From: a virus
Taxonomy: Duplodnaviria; Caudoviricetes
Virus record (IMG/VR): IMGVR_UViG_3300021387_000682
Coordinates: 23,579-87,578 of that record
Reading direction: 5' to 3' (one strand)
DNA length: 64,000 bases
Position numbers and translations under genes: made by a program. Positions 41,443 through 51,392 of this stretch are shown here, piece after piece (position 1 is the stretch's first letter; every line of letters starts with the position of its first letter). Under the pieces are notes generated by a model. That model was not told the DNA's origin. It did no database searches and was given only the letters and a program-made list of their open reading frames with translations.

Positions 41443-42528
41443 TTAGTTATATGGTATAATGTGATGTAACTCTGTGGTTTTGTCGGAATTATATCCAACT
41501 CTAAGTCCCATGTATTTATATATATCTATAGGACTAATAGGGGTCTGGCCAGGTCTCAGGTCGTTTACAGCGTCAACTATTTCATTTATCTTACCAAGCA
41601 TGTCAAAAACAAGCTTTGTGAATGCGACGTCTTCATACATCTCATCCTGCCGCAACACTGGATCACCAAATGTTATATCGCAATATATTGAGCCAGATTT
41701 ATCAACAGCAAATACAGTCTTTGGTATAGTGTCTTCATCTGGCGTACCAGGATTTAAGACGTCGCCATTACCTATACTAAATAAACAGTCTCTATATCCA
41801 GCACCACGGTTCTGCATATTTATATCTGGGAATTGCTGGTTAACCTTACCCACAACGAGACAGTTATTTGTAGTTGCCGCAAGTGAGTCACCGACTAACA
41901 ATGAGTTTACAGCTACACCAGTTTTTACTGGAACTACAGTTCCATTGTATTCGCCAACATCGTATAGACTTAAATCGCCAGTTCCAATTATATGGTTAGT
42001 TATATTTATCTCACCTGGCTCGCCTTGATTCAACGTAAATGAGCCAAGCTGATCGCTGTTGTCATTTACAAACGATATTGGATAATCGTTTATAGTAGCA
42101 TCAAGATGCCATGCGGATCCATCAAAAGATGCCTGAATTGTATCCGAGTCTTCTATTGTAGCAAGCTTAGCATATGAATTATCAAACCCTATTACATAAT
42201 TGTTATCAGCATCTCTATTTACAGTAATAGGTTCTGTACCAATTATAGGCAATTCCTGTGCTGTTACATCCTTACCATTGTATACAGAGAATTGTGTATA
42301 GATAATCTCATTACCTTCATCATCCTTACCGTATACACCATAGTCAGATCTACCACCTGATGCTGTGCTTATATTAATAGGTGCTACTCTGGTAATACCA
42401 TATCCTCTGGGACCTCTATCTCCCTTATCTCCTTTATCACCCTTATCACCTTCCTTGGTGCTATTAAAACGAACCTCAACAATGTTCTGCTGAGGCTCGT
42501 CTGGGTATGTAAAATTTATATTACTCAT
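41443..42528 (-). CDS. Tail fibre-associated protein
   Basis: 361 aa; EGDKGDKGDKGDRGPRG collagen-like repeat; GSFTLNQ repeat shared with the upstream fibre; LFSIGNG...TVFAVDKSG motif. Confidence 0.65.
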   Translation of the reverse strand: MSNINFTYPDEPQQNIVEVRFNSTKEGDKGDKGDKGDRGPRGYGITRVAPINISTASGGRSDYGVYGKDDEGNEIIYTQFSVYNGKDVTAQELPIIGTEPITVNRDADNNYVIGFDNSYAKLATIEDSDTIQASFDGSAWHLDATINDYPISFVNDNSDQLGSFTLNQGEPGEINITNHIIGTGDLSLYDVGEYNGTVVPVKTGVAVNSLLVGDSLAATTNNCLVVGKVNQQFPDINMQNRGAGYRDCLFSIGNGDVLNPGTPDEDTIPKTVFAVDKSGSIYCDITFGDPVLRQDEMYEDVAFTKLVFDMLGKINEIVDAVNDLRPGQTPISPIDIYKYMGLRVGYNSDKTTELHHIIPYN

Positions 42529-42530
42529 AA

Positions 42531-45047
42531 TTAATTTATGTAATCAACGGTGTCGATGTCCCAATTGCTTGTGCTATACTGGTAGTTTACCGGTGCGCAC
42601 TTTAAACAACGTAACGATGCAAATGCATCAATTCCATTTGTGTTCGAGCTATTCATTGGAATACTTATTCCTAGGCAATATCCATCACCATGAGGTCGGC
42701 CGTATGGATAGAATAACGTAAGCAGAACGCTATCACCGGAGTATGCGCCGCTCATTTCGTCGTATAACTCTTTATAATACTCATCAACATTACCAGCAGA
42801 TATTGTATTTGAGCACTCGATTATCTCTACATTTTGGCCATTACCGTATGGGCTAATTTTACTACCAATAAATCTAGCGTCATCAATAACACTGCTTGCT
42901 CCATTCATATCACCATTGACACCAAATATCTTTACATCATCATCACTGTATATTCCACCGTTATCTCCAGTTCTTACGTATATGTAAAACACTACATTAA
43001 CGCTACCAGACGCAGTATTGTCTGTAGTTATACTTTGCACAGAATCGCCGCTCCACACCGCATGTAATTTTAATGCAGATACACAGCACTCTATAATATA
43101 CGACTTATTTGGAGCAAGTGGGATATAACTGTTATTTTTGCTTGGGGTTCCCGTTTGATCAAACATCAAAAAAGGACATGGCATTATAACGCTAGCTGAT
43201 GAACCTGGATCACCAATGTACTTAAACAACCTTTTTACACCCATAAGCATTGTGTAACAGCTGAAGCTATCGCTATAATATATCGAACTCCAGTCGTTGG
43301 TTTTTTTGAATAATGGATAAATCGGAGGGATTTGAAGCGTATAGTTAGAATTTGAATTTAACGTAAATGCACCGATTCCATCTCCGTTCTGGTATTGAAG
43401 TGTTATTTTACCATCACCGACCACCGGAACACCAATCAAATCACTATAATTTCCAGTCCTCGCTACCTTAGCTAAGTCAATGGTTGTATCGCTTGTTGCA
43501 TTTGCACTAAATGTACCAAGATTGTAATACGTCTCTGGATCTGTATTATTAACAGATCGTATCGTAAGCTCAGCATTGCCAATGACTGGCTTATTGCTCA
43601 AGTCGTTATACGATCCGCTAGTTGCAACTGTGGCTAAGCTAGACCTCAATGCATAATTTGATGCATCTGACAATTCAGCAACTGTTGTTGGAACAAGTAT
43701 ATTTATACTCTTTGGCGAACTCTGGTTTAATGTAAAATAATTTACCTCGGTACCATTTCTTTGGATTGTAATACGGCTATCATTTGCGGCTGCAGGTATA
43801 GTTGGCTTATCAATCAAGTCATTGTAGTTGCCAGTCTTTGATATCTTATGTAATCTTATATCATTAGACATAGACTCATCACCAGGTCCTGGTGTTACTG
43901 CAGTTGAATTATTCGTATGCAATGTACCAGCAGTGCCAGTTGCTCCAGTGTGACCATTGTATACATTAAATGTCTCACTCGTTCCATTGGAAAGTTGTAT
44001 TGTAACTACATTTGCTTGACCATCAAATGTACTCTGCTCTACCGTTATATCATCTATGCCAACACCATCCTGACCATCTTGGCCATTCTGTCCTGCAGGA
44101 CCTTGGGCTCCAGTAGAACCCTTGCTACCGTTCTCTACATTAAATGTAGATGTATTACCATCTGTAAGTGTGACAGTTACTATATTAACACCATCGTCTT
44201 CATGAGATGTTGTTGTCTGTACTACCGATCTAATGCCAACACCGTCAGTACCTTGGTGACCATCGGCTCCTTTTGGAAGGTTAAATGTACCAAGAAGGTT
44301 TTCATCATCTGTATCGTCATACACTCCATATTCCTTATATGTAGCAGTCTCTACTCCGGTGAATTCAACCTTGCCTATGCCGATACCAGGCGTACCCTGT
44401 ATACCAGTTGCTCCAGACAAATCTGTTACAAATGTATATTCCTGAGTTCCCTTCACATATAAGGTAGCATTCTCTGACTGGTCGACGCTGTTGGTTATAC
44501 ATACAAATGCACCCATTGGTACACTTGGGTTATTGTAATCAGCATCCATTTCAGCCTTAGAGTTGTATACCTTAGTTATTGTAAATGGGTCGCCCTTCTC
44601 GCCCTTAGGTCCCTTAATACTACGTGTATCTGGATTCTCTAAGCCTTTATCATTTGTCCATGAGATTTCTCCACCAAGGCTTACCTCTGGAGTAAATGTA
44701 GCACCAGTCTCACCCTTAACACTTACTGGCTGTGGTGGGTTTTGTCCTTCTGGTGCAATCCATGAGATAACACCTTCCTGTGATACAGATGGTATAAATA
44801 CACCACCATCTTCTCCGTTCTGACCGTCTTGACCAGATACCAAATCAAAGTTTAATGATAACTTACCATCTCCTTCATCGGATATGGTTACATGAGGTTG
44901 GTCATCTTCTGACTCCTTTACTGTTCCTATCTGTAGATCTGGAGCAACACCGTCACGACCATCTTTGCCGTCAACGCCGTCTTTACCTCCACCAAACTCT
45001 ACATTAAGAATATAACCTCTTCCATCAATTATATCTACTGCACTCAT
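42531..45047 (-). CDS. Long tail fibre protein (collagen-like repeats + TG[NS]YxDL repeats)
   Basis: 838 aa; many Gly-X-Y runs (GPKGEKGDP, GATGPAGQNGQDGQDG); three [KTR]TG[NS]Y[NS]DL units. Confidence 0.8.
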   Translation of the reverse strand: MSAVDIIDGRGYILNVEFGGGKDGVDGKDGRDGVAPDLQIGTVKESEDDQPHVTISDEGDGKLSLNFDLVSGQDGQNGEDGGVFIPSVSQEGVISWIAPEGQNPPQPVSVKGETGATFTPEVSLGGEISWTNDKGLENPDTRSIKGPKGEKGDPFTITKVYNSKAEMDADYNNPSVPMGAFVCITNSVDQSENATLYVKGTQEYTFVTDLSGATGIQGTPGIGIGKVEFTGVETATYKEYGVYDDTDDENLLGTFNLPKGADGHQGTDGVGIRSVVQTTTSHEDDGVNIVTVTLTDGNTSTFNVENGSKGSTGAQGPAGQNGQDGQDGVGIDDITVEQSTFDGQANVVTIQLSNGTSETFNVYNGHTGATGTAGTLHTNNSTAVTPGPGDESMSNDIRLHKISKTGNYNDLIDKPTIPAAANDSRITIQRNGTEVNYFTLNQSSPKSINILVPTTVAELSDASNYALRSSLATVATSGSYNDLSNKPVIGNAELTIRSVNNTDPETYYNLGTFSANATSDTTIDLAKVARTGNYSDLIGVPVVGDGKITLQYQNGDGIGAFTLNSNSNYTLQIPPIYPLFKKTNDWSSIYYSDSFSCYTMLMGVKRLFKYIGDPGSSASVIMPCPFLMFDQTGTPSKNNSYIPLAPNKSYIIECCVSALKLHAVWSGDSVQSITTDNTASGSVNVVFYIYVRTGDNGGIYSDDDVKIFGVNGDMNGASSVIDDARFIGSKISPYGNGQNVEIIECSNTISAGNVDEYYKELYDEMSGAYSGDSVLLTLFYPYGRPHGDGYCLGISIPMNSSNTNGIDAFASLRCLKCAPVNYQYSTSNWDIDTVDYIN

Positions 45048-45052
45048 ATCCT

Positions 45053-46117
45053 TTAATCTCTATAATAACCTCTATCATCATCACTAAGATCACTATTACC
45101 AAATCCGACTACATTGCCGAAGTGGTGTGGACCATGTAGATGTCTATCATAAATCTCTCTAGGTACATATGTTCCATGATGTCCATGTGGATGGAAATGT
45201 GGCTTATCGTCATTCATCTCCCATGGAGCTATATCAGATTCCTTCTTAATCAAAGCATCTGACAGCTTAAATGCACGGGCTCTACCTATGTTGTTAAGCT
45301 TGTGGTATTTAACGCCAGTCTTCAATGTACCTTCTATAGCTGCATCTGGATTATCTAACATAGATGTTGCTACACCTGTTGTTTCCTCTGGATCTGTATA
45401 TGTAAATGGTAATCTAGCAGATATCTTAAATATCTTCTTACCAGATCTATCGTAGTTATCGTTATCTCCAGACGTTTCGGTTTCCCACTTTCCGTTAGCT
45501 TCAAATTCTACGAAGTCACCTTTAATAGCAAATCTTCCGCTAATTGCCCCATCACCATATGGGTAACTAGTCTCTTCTGTTGCGTTAAGGTCTAACTTAG
45601 AAAGCTTACCTTTGAACTCACCTGTAACATCATTGAATGTTGCTTCAAGATTGCAACGATACTCAGGCTCTGTAGTTGACGTAAACAGTACGCTTGTAGC
45701 TGTAAGCTTATTGGTCTTCTTGTCAAATACAATACCAAGATCGCTCTTCACACCATCTTCGGTACCACCTGTAACAACTATATCCTGCTCAGTAAACTCT
45801 GTGCTAGATACTCTAGCAACGTTGGTCTCAACTATATACTGTCCACAAGGCATGAATTCTGTAGTCTTAGAGTCTATTATGCATTCATATACATAATCAC
45901 CCTTATCTGACTGATATGCCTTTACAATTGGAATAAAGCCCTTGAGCTCACGCTTAGATGCCTTTACAACCTTCTTGAATGGAGCACCTTCATTATAGAA
46001 GTACAGCATAAGGTCCTGATAGTTATCAGTGATGTTCTCAAGCTGACCGTCGTTGTCTCTTATTGTAACAAAGAATCGTATATCCTCTCCTTTGTAAAAT
46101 CTTTTGTTATCGTACAT
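45053..46117 (-). CDS. BppU-N-like tail hub protein with His-rich C-terminus
   Basis: 354 aa; RFYKGEDIRFFVTI...IIDSKTTEFMPCGQYIVE, typical of an Ig-like baseplate/hub domain. Confidence 0.55.
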   Translation of the reverse strand: MYDNKRFYKGEDIRFFVTIRDNDGQLENITDNYQDLMLYFYNEGAPFKKVVKASKRELKGFIPIVKAYQSDKGDYVYECIIDSKTTEFMPCGQYIVETNVARVSSTEFTEQDIVVTGGTEDGVKSDLGIVFDKKTNKLTATSVLFTSTTEPEYRCNLEATFNDVTGEFKGKLSKLDLNATEETSYPYGDGAISGRFAIKGDFVEFEANGKWETETSGDNDNYDRSGKKIFKISARLPFTYTDPEETTGVATSMLDNPDAAIEGTLKTGVKYHKLNNIGRARAFKLSDALIKKESDIAPWEMNDDKPHFHPHGHHGTYVPREIYDRHLHGPHHFGNVVGFGNSDLSDDDRGYYRD

Positions 46118-46134
46118 ATTGTATTAGTATATAT

Positions 46135-46169
46135 ACACAAAAGGCGCAGTGGTATATAACCACCACGCC
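46135..46169 (-). terminator. Rho-independent terminator after the auxiliary capsid gene
   Basis: Minus strand GGCGTGGTGGT-TATAT-ACCACTGCGCC (11 bp with GU) followed by TTTTGTGT. Confidence 0.8.
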
Positions 46170-46193
46170 AGTGTGTATTAGTTAATATGCTTA

Positions 46194-47177
46194 TTACGCT
46201 GTTGGTTTAGAAGACTCATTAGTGTCTGTTATGCCAAATACATCAACTAATTTACCATCTCCAGTCAGTGCGTTAGCATCGTGATCGATAAATATAGTAG
46301 TCTGCAGTGGAGTAGACTTGATAAACTGGTTGTCTGCAGAACGGTAGTCGTTATTATAGAGAATATCTACAACATCGTAAGTCTTACCCTTCTCTACCAT
46401 CTGAGTACCAGTGAGCTGGTTCCAGCGGCAGTCATTGAAGAACATAGAACCTCTATAGCCAAGAGCTCTCTTCTCGATATCTCTAACGACCTTCCAGTAT
46501 CCAACGCCTGCATCAGCAGCAGCTACTGTCTTAGCGGTGTAAGCTGCAACACCTTCGCAAGTGAGGGTTACATCCTGGATATCGATAGCATGGAACTCAT
46601 AGAGAGTATCAACCTTGTCATCGATAGTGATGTCCTTAGCTGTGAGAGTCAGAACGCCTGCAGCAGATGTCGCTACTACTCTAGCGTTACGTCCAGCAGA
46701 AGTTGTCTTGCTGTTGATTGCAGCTGCGAATGCATCAGCAAGGTCAGCAGCAGAAGCAGTCTTTGCGTAAAGATCGAAAGACTGAGTGAACTGGATAGGC
46801 ATCTCCAATACATCGTTGTAAGCTATACGCAGAACGTATCTCTTACCAACCTCTACTGTTGTGTTAATTGTCAAAGTAGCAACTGAGTTAGCCTTAGCTC
46901 TGTAAGCCTCCTGAGTTATACTCTCAACCTTATCCTTAGTTATCTTGTCTGAAAGATAGAACTCGCCATCAGCGTTAACCTTTGTACCAACAAAGATTGG
47001 CTGACCTGCAGCGAATGCAGTCTTAGCTGCAGTGCTAGCGATGAAGTTCTTCTTAGAATCAAAGAAATACAGAGTGCCCTCTACAGCGTTTGTAATCTGG
47101 GCGTCTCTAGTAGCTCCTGTTGGTACTGCGGCACCGAGCGCCTTGCAAACCAACACTTTTCTTACATGTTTTGCCAT
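46194..47177 (-). CDS. Auxiliary capsid (decoration) protein
   Basis: 327 aa, Ala/Thr/Val-rich with codon bias typical of high expression; GKRYVLRIAY, GVGYWKVVRDIEKRALGY and TYDVVDI resemble the crAss-like auxiliary capsid protein; flanked by a terminator. Confidence 0.7.
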   Translation of the reverse strand: MAKHVRKVLVCKALGAAVPTGATRDAQITNAVEGTLYFFDSKKNFIASTAAKTAFAAGQPIFVGTKVNADGEFYLSDKITKDKVESITQEAYRAKANSVATLTINTTVEVGKRYVLRIAYNDVLEMPIQFTQSFDLYAKTASAADLADAFAAAINSKTTSAGRNARVVATSAAGVLTLTAKDITIDDKVDTLYEFHAIDIQDVTLTCEGVAAYTAKTVAAADAGVGYWKVVRDIEKRALGYRGSMFFNDCRWNQLTGTQMVEKGKTYDVVDILYNNDYRSADNQFIKSTPLQTTIFIDHDANALTGDGKLVDVFGITDTNESSKPTA

Positions 47178-47196
47178 AATTTAAATATTAATAAAA

Positions 47197-47955
47197 TTAC
47201 TGTTGCGTTGTTAATAAACTATTAGTTGTTGTCATTCTGTCTGTATTGGATATACTCTCCAGAGCTAATGTTACAGCCATCATTACGATTTCGTCATGCG
47301 CATGTTCTGGTATATAAGTATATTCAGTATCCCATTCTTTAAAGTTGAATACATCTGGTCTCTTGATGTACGTAAATCGTACGCTATCAATATCGTAAGT
47401 ACCGTCTGTTATGTATTCAATATACTCTCTATAGGAGAGCCGTAGAGGCCTTGCATTATTAGCATTAAGATTAAACTCCGATAGATAGTCGTTCTTCTTT
47501 GTTGTAATGTTGTCATAAGTCGTGTTGATTGGATCAACTAGCTTTGGTATTGGTTTACCAAATGCACATGTTTTACACATATCACCCAATCTTTCACATG
47601 GCTTATCACATGGACTCTTTGGCCAGCGTCTATCTGTAGATGTAATAAATACATCCTCTCCGACACCAAACCAGTAGTCCTCTGGCCTGTACACAAAGTA
47701 GTCAGTGCCTTCAACTTTTTTAGGTTCAACAACCTTAGTTTGTAAAGTATTTCTAAGGTCCGCATCTCTCTTTTCAGATGTCTGAAATCCATCTGACTTG
47801 TAAGCATCAGTACCAGAGTACCGCTGCTTTACGAACCTTATTACAGCCTGGGTTAGCCAGAAGTCGATTTCCTCTGGCGTAAAGGAAGGATATCCGATTA
47901 TATCCTCTTTATCTAGCCTTATATTAAATGCCAGATGAAATTCTTTTATAGTCAT
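47197..47955 (-). CDS. Head-tail adaptor / ring protein
   Basis: 252 aa; MTIKEFHLAFNIRLDK...FTPEEIDFWLTQA, YIKRP and HAHDEIVMMAV typical of the crAss-like ring family. Confidence 0.75.
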   Translation of the reverse strand: MTIKEFHLAFNIRLDKEDIIGYPSFTPEEIDFWLTQAVIRFVKQRYSGTDAYKSDGFQTSEKRDADLRNTLQTKVVEPKKVEGTDYFVYRPEDYWFGVGEDVFITSTDRRWPKSPCDKPCERLGDMCKTCAFGKPIPKLVDPINTTYDNITTKKNDYLSEFNLNANNARPLRLSYREYIEYITDGTYDIDSVRFTYIKRPDVFNFKEWDTEYTYIPEHAHDEIVMMAVTLALESISNTDRMTTTNSLLTTQQ

Positions 47956-48716
47956 TATTTACTTTCAACCTCAGCTTTAATTGCCAAATATATCTCCTGA
48001 TTAGCCTTACTCTTAAGGTATGCTACAGTATCTGTCAGGGATGTGCCTATTGTGTCAGTGCCATAGTAGTATACATTTCTGTTTCTCCTAAGCACATTCT
48101 TAGATAATGCATCTTCAATCAGGATGTAGAAATCTCTATCTTTATTGTTGGTCCATTTGGTCATGAAGTCAGAAGGCTTATTGATAACGATATCAAACAT
48201 ACGCTCTCTACACTTCTCAGAAGAAAGATCTCTAGAGTTGACACCAAACAATCTGAGACATGCAATGATATCGTCGATAGACATCTTGTCGTACTCCTTG
48301 ATTGCTGCAACCTTCTTCTCGTTTGCAATGTTCTTCTTCTTAGCCTCAGCCTCCTCGTTGATCATTACATACAATGCTCTAGGCTTCTTATCCTCGTAAC
48401 CATCCATAACCTCAATATGGTGCTTACAATACTCGTACTTGAATCTGTCCTCAGGCTTATCTGTATCAAGAACTACAGGTCTATTACCCTGGAGTTTGAC
48501 AGCGATAAATGAATCCCAGAACTTAACGTTTCCTGGATCGAGGTAACCCTCTGAATAACCGAGAAGCTTCTCATATTCTCTACGCTCCTCGTTTGTAAAT
48601 GCACCTGCATAAGGGAGACCACTACGTGTGATCCATCCTCCTATATATTTTACTGAATTTCTATTGAGATTATTTCTCAAGAAATTCGAATTCAACTGTT
48701 TTACTATGACTTCCAT
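47955..48716 (-). CDS. Conserved Crassvirales protein downstream of MCP
   Basis: 253 aa; LDTDKPEDRFKY...IEDALSKNVLRR...YYYGTDTIG...VAYLK pattern; syntenic position after MCP. Confidence 0.65.
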   Translation of the reverse strand: MEVIVKQLNSNFLRNNLNRNSVKYIGGWITRSGLPYAGAFTNEERREYEKLLGYSEGYLDPGNVKFWDSFIAVKLQGNRPVVLDTDKPEDRFKYEYCKHHIEVMDGYEDKKPRALYVMINEEAEAKKKNIANEKKVAAIKEYDKMSIDDIIACLRLFGVNSRDLSSEKCRERMFDIVINKPSDFMTKWTNNKDRDFYILIEDALSKNVLRRNRNVYYYGTDTIGTSLTDTVAYLKSKANQEIYLAIKAEVESK

Positions 48717-48724
48717 ATTCTTTT

Positions 48725-48757
48725 AAAATAGAAGCAGGGACTACTTAAAGCCCCTGC
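48725..48757 (-). terminator. Terminator-like hairpin after MCP (TTAAGT loop)
   Basis: Minus strand GCAGGGGCT-TTAAGT-AGTCCCTGC followed by TTCTATTTT. Confidence 0.75.
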
Positions 48758-48770
48758 ATATTGTCTAATA

Positions 48771-50252
48771 TTACTCTGCTATCTTAGTCAAGATACCACA
48801 TGGACGTGGATCAAGAACTGCGATACCTACCTCAGACAGGATCTGCAATGAGTATCCATCCTTAGCGTTAGATGCTACAGTAGTGAAAGAACCCTTGTTC
48901 AAACCTGGGTCTGTCATACCGGTTACGACTCTCATAACGAGCTCACGGTTTCTCTTAGCGAACTTACGGATGTTAGACTTACCGTTGATGTTGCCGTTGT
49001 AGAGAATCAAGAACTCATATGAACGGAGAGGCTTCAATGTTACTGGATCCAACTCTCTGTTGAGCTCAGCGTCATCGAAGATAGGAGCGTGCATAACTGT
49101 AAGAGTTATACCGTTGTGCATCTCATAAGTCTTGAACTCACCGCTCAACTTCAGATCACGACCTGAACCAGATACGAAGTGAGTATCGATCAAGTTGTAT
49201 GCACCAGCCTTCTCCTCAAGTACACGAGAGAACTCTCTCTTACCCATTGCACCAGTGAATGCAACGAACTTCAACTCCTGAGAACCGATACCAGTTCCGA
49301 TGATGTTGTAAGCAAGGTCAAACAAGAACTCATCGAGGATATCAGCAGTCAACTTAGTATAAGTACGTCTGTTGAATGGAGCGATCTGCTCATACAGACC
49401 AGCACCTGCCTCGACAGGACGACCGTTGGTACCAGAGATTACTGAAGTACCGTCAGCCTTCATTGTAGACTTACCGAAGATCAAACCAGCTTCAACGCGA
49501 CGTGCGTGCTGATTCAAAGCAAGCCACTCCTGATATGGACCCCACAGGTAGTTGATCTTACCGTTGCCGTCCTTAACACCTACAGAAAGAACATCTGTAG
49601 CAGCACTACCGGTGATGTCTGCACGAAGACGCATGATAGACAGTCTGTTGGACATCTTAACAGTAGTAGTGTAGTTCAGGATATCAGCCTCATCTGAATA
49701 CTCCTCATAGAGAGAGTAGAGACGGCTAACGCCCTTACCTGGCATCAGGTATGAACCTGGGATAGAGAATGCAGTATCGCTAGAGATTGGCTGCAGCTGA
49801 TATACCCAGTAACCACCATCGTTAATAGGCTCAGCGATTACACGTGCCTGATAGTCGTAGTTATCGAATACAAGAACAGCACCAACGCTGAACAACTTCT
49901 CGTCTACCCAGATTGCTATTGTATCCATTGGAGTTGCGAAAGCCGTAGGAGTAACGATAGTACCGTTGATCTCAGCTCTCTTGATGAACAATGGCTTGTC
50001 TGAGTTAGTCTCAAGCTGCCACTCGTATACTGAGCTATCAATCTGCTCAGTCTTGCCGAGTCCACCTGTGATCAGGTCGAGTGTAGTCTTGTAGTTAGTT
50101 ACATTAGTTGTACCAAATGTGAAGGAAATAATTCCTGGAATTTTGTGTGGCTCACGAAGCAATGCGTTGCCAAGCATATTCTCATCAACGAGATCAGCAA
50201 AACGCTTACCGCGACCAATCACCAAATTACTAATTGCGCTCTGTGATGGCAT
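48771..50252 (-). CDS. Major capsid protein (HK97 fold, crAss-type)
   Basis: 493 aa; strong codon bias; YSLYEEYS, GRPVEAGAGLYEQI, SNAKDGY motifs; sits after portal and scaffold. Confidence 0.9.
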   Translation of the reverse strand: MPSQSAISNLVIGRGKRFADLVDENMLGNALLREPHKIPGIISFTFGTTNVTNYKTTLDLITGGLGKTEQIDSSVYEWQLETNSDKPLFIKRAEINGTIVTPTAFATPMDTIAIWVDEKLFSVGAVLVFDNYDYQARVIAEPINDGGYWVYQLQPISSDTAFSIPGSYLMPGKGVSRLYSLYEEYSDEADILNYTTTVKMSNRLSIMRLRADITGSAATDVLSVGVKDGNGKINYLWGPYQEWLALNQHARRVEAGLIFGKSTMKADGTSVISGTNGRPVEAGAGLYEQIAPFNRRTYTKLTADILDEFLFDLAYNIIGTGIGSQELKFVAFTGAMGKREFSRVLEEKAGAYNLIDTHFVSGSGRDLKLSGEFKTYEMHNGITLTVMHAPIFDDAELNRELDPVTLKPLRSYEFLILYNGNINGKSNIRKFAKRNRELVMRVVTGMTDPGLNKGSFTTVASNAKDGYSLQILSEVGIAVLDPRPCGILTKIAE

Positions 50253-50278
50253 AATAAATAAATTTTAAATGTTTTATA

Positions 50279-51370
50279 TTAGAACCCAAACGCACTCACA
50301 AAGTCGTCTATGCTACCCGTCTTTGCTGATGGTTTCGTTCCTTTTACTTTGTTTGACGCAAGTGCTTTCTTAAATTTCATAGCTGCGCTAGTCTCACCAG
50401 ACTTCTTAATTGACTGAACCAATGCATCTCCTCGCATAGTAAAGAAAGCTGACTCAATCATGTTGTTGATACTCTTACCGTATTCCTCCTGCCACTTGGT
50501 CTTACCATTTGGCTGGATCTTAAACATGTAATCAACCAACTCCTTCTTGTCCTTCTGAGATAGTTTGATACCGCGGATATTGTCAGAAGACTTAATGGTA
50601 TTCAAGGCGTTCTCAAAGATTGCTCTCTGTGACTCCTCGTACTCCTTACGTTCCTTCTCCTGCTGCTTCAACATAGCTGCAGTTTCCTTCTCCTTAGCCT
50701 TCTTGATTCTAGCAAGTGCGTCTTCCGCCTCATCTTGAAGGATTCCGGTATCTTCATACTTCTTGATCTTGCGAGCTATCTGATTATCATCATACCCTTC
50801 GAGCTCGAGGTAATCTGACAAAACTCGTCTTTGATTGCCCTCATCCTCGAGGTTGATGTTATCGTAAGAGATGGCCTCCTTCTGAACTTTATAAAACTTC
50901 TCGAAGTCACCGCCATTCTTCAAATACTCGTCAAGCTGTCTGACGCGATCATCAGCATACTCAGGTTCGCTACTCTTCTCAACTATCTCAGCAAGTGTAT
51001 TAATGAGATCATCTGCGGATTTAGGCGCCTCAAAGTCGTCATCAAATTCCAATCCCATCTTCTCTGCCAATGAGTCGAACAAGGTTGTAACAACACCCTC
51101 ATCTGGTTCAACGTCATCTGAGCCATCGTTGTCATCAGTATCAGTGTCATCAGGTTCGTCGACTGTGTTGTCGTCATCGTCATCATCAGTCTTGTCTTCT
51201 GGCTCATCTACTGGATCATCCTTCTTATCTTTAGGATCATCATCTTTAGGCTCGTCATTTTCAGTGTCATCATTGTTATCTACATCAGTCTCTTCATCCT
51301 CCCAAGGAAATGGGGTATCTATTTCCTCGACAGTATCAGCTGATGGATTAACATCCTGCTTCTTTGCCAT
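50279..51370 (-). CDS. Acidic capsid scaffolding-like protein
   Basis: 363 aa; highly D/E-rich N-terminal third, helical/coiled-coil C-terminal part; located between portal and MCP. Confidence 0.7.
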   Translation of the reverse strand: MAKKQDVNPSADTVEEIDTPFPWEDEETDVDNNDDTENDEPKDDDPKDKKDDPVDEPEDKTDDDDDDNTVDEPDDTDTDDNDGSDDVEPDEGVVTTLFDSLAEKMGLEFDDDFEAPKSADDLINTLAEIVEKSSEPEYADDRVRQLDEYLKNGGDFEKFYKVQKEAISYDNINLEDEGNQRRVLSDYLELEGYDDNQIARKIKKYEDTGILQDEAEDALARIKKAKEKETAAMLKQQEKERKEYEESQRAIFENALNTIKSSDNIRGIKLSQKDKKELVDYMFKIQPNGKTKWQEEYGKSINNMIESAFFTMRGDALVQSIKKSGETSAAMKFKKALASNKVKGTKPSAKTGSIDDFVSAFGF

Positions 51371-51392
51371 AATTAAAAATTATATTTAAGGG

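Noticed and set aside
38328-45047. Possible diversity-generating retroelement acting on tail fibres
   Set aside because: No reverse transcriptase and no near-identical template/variable repeat pair differing at adenines in this window.
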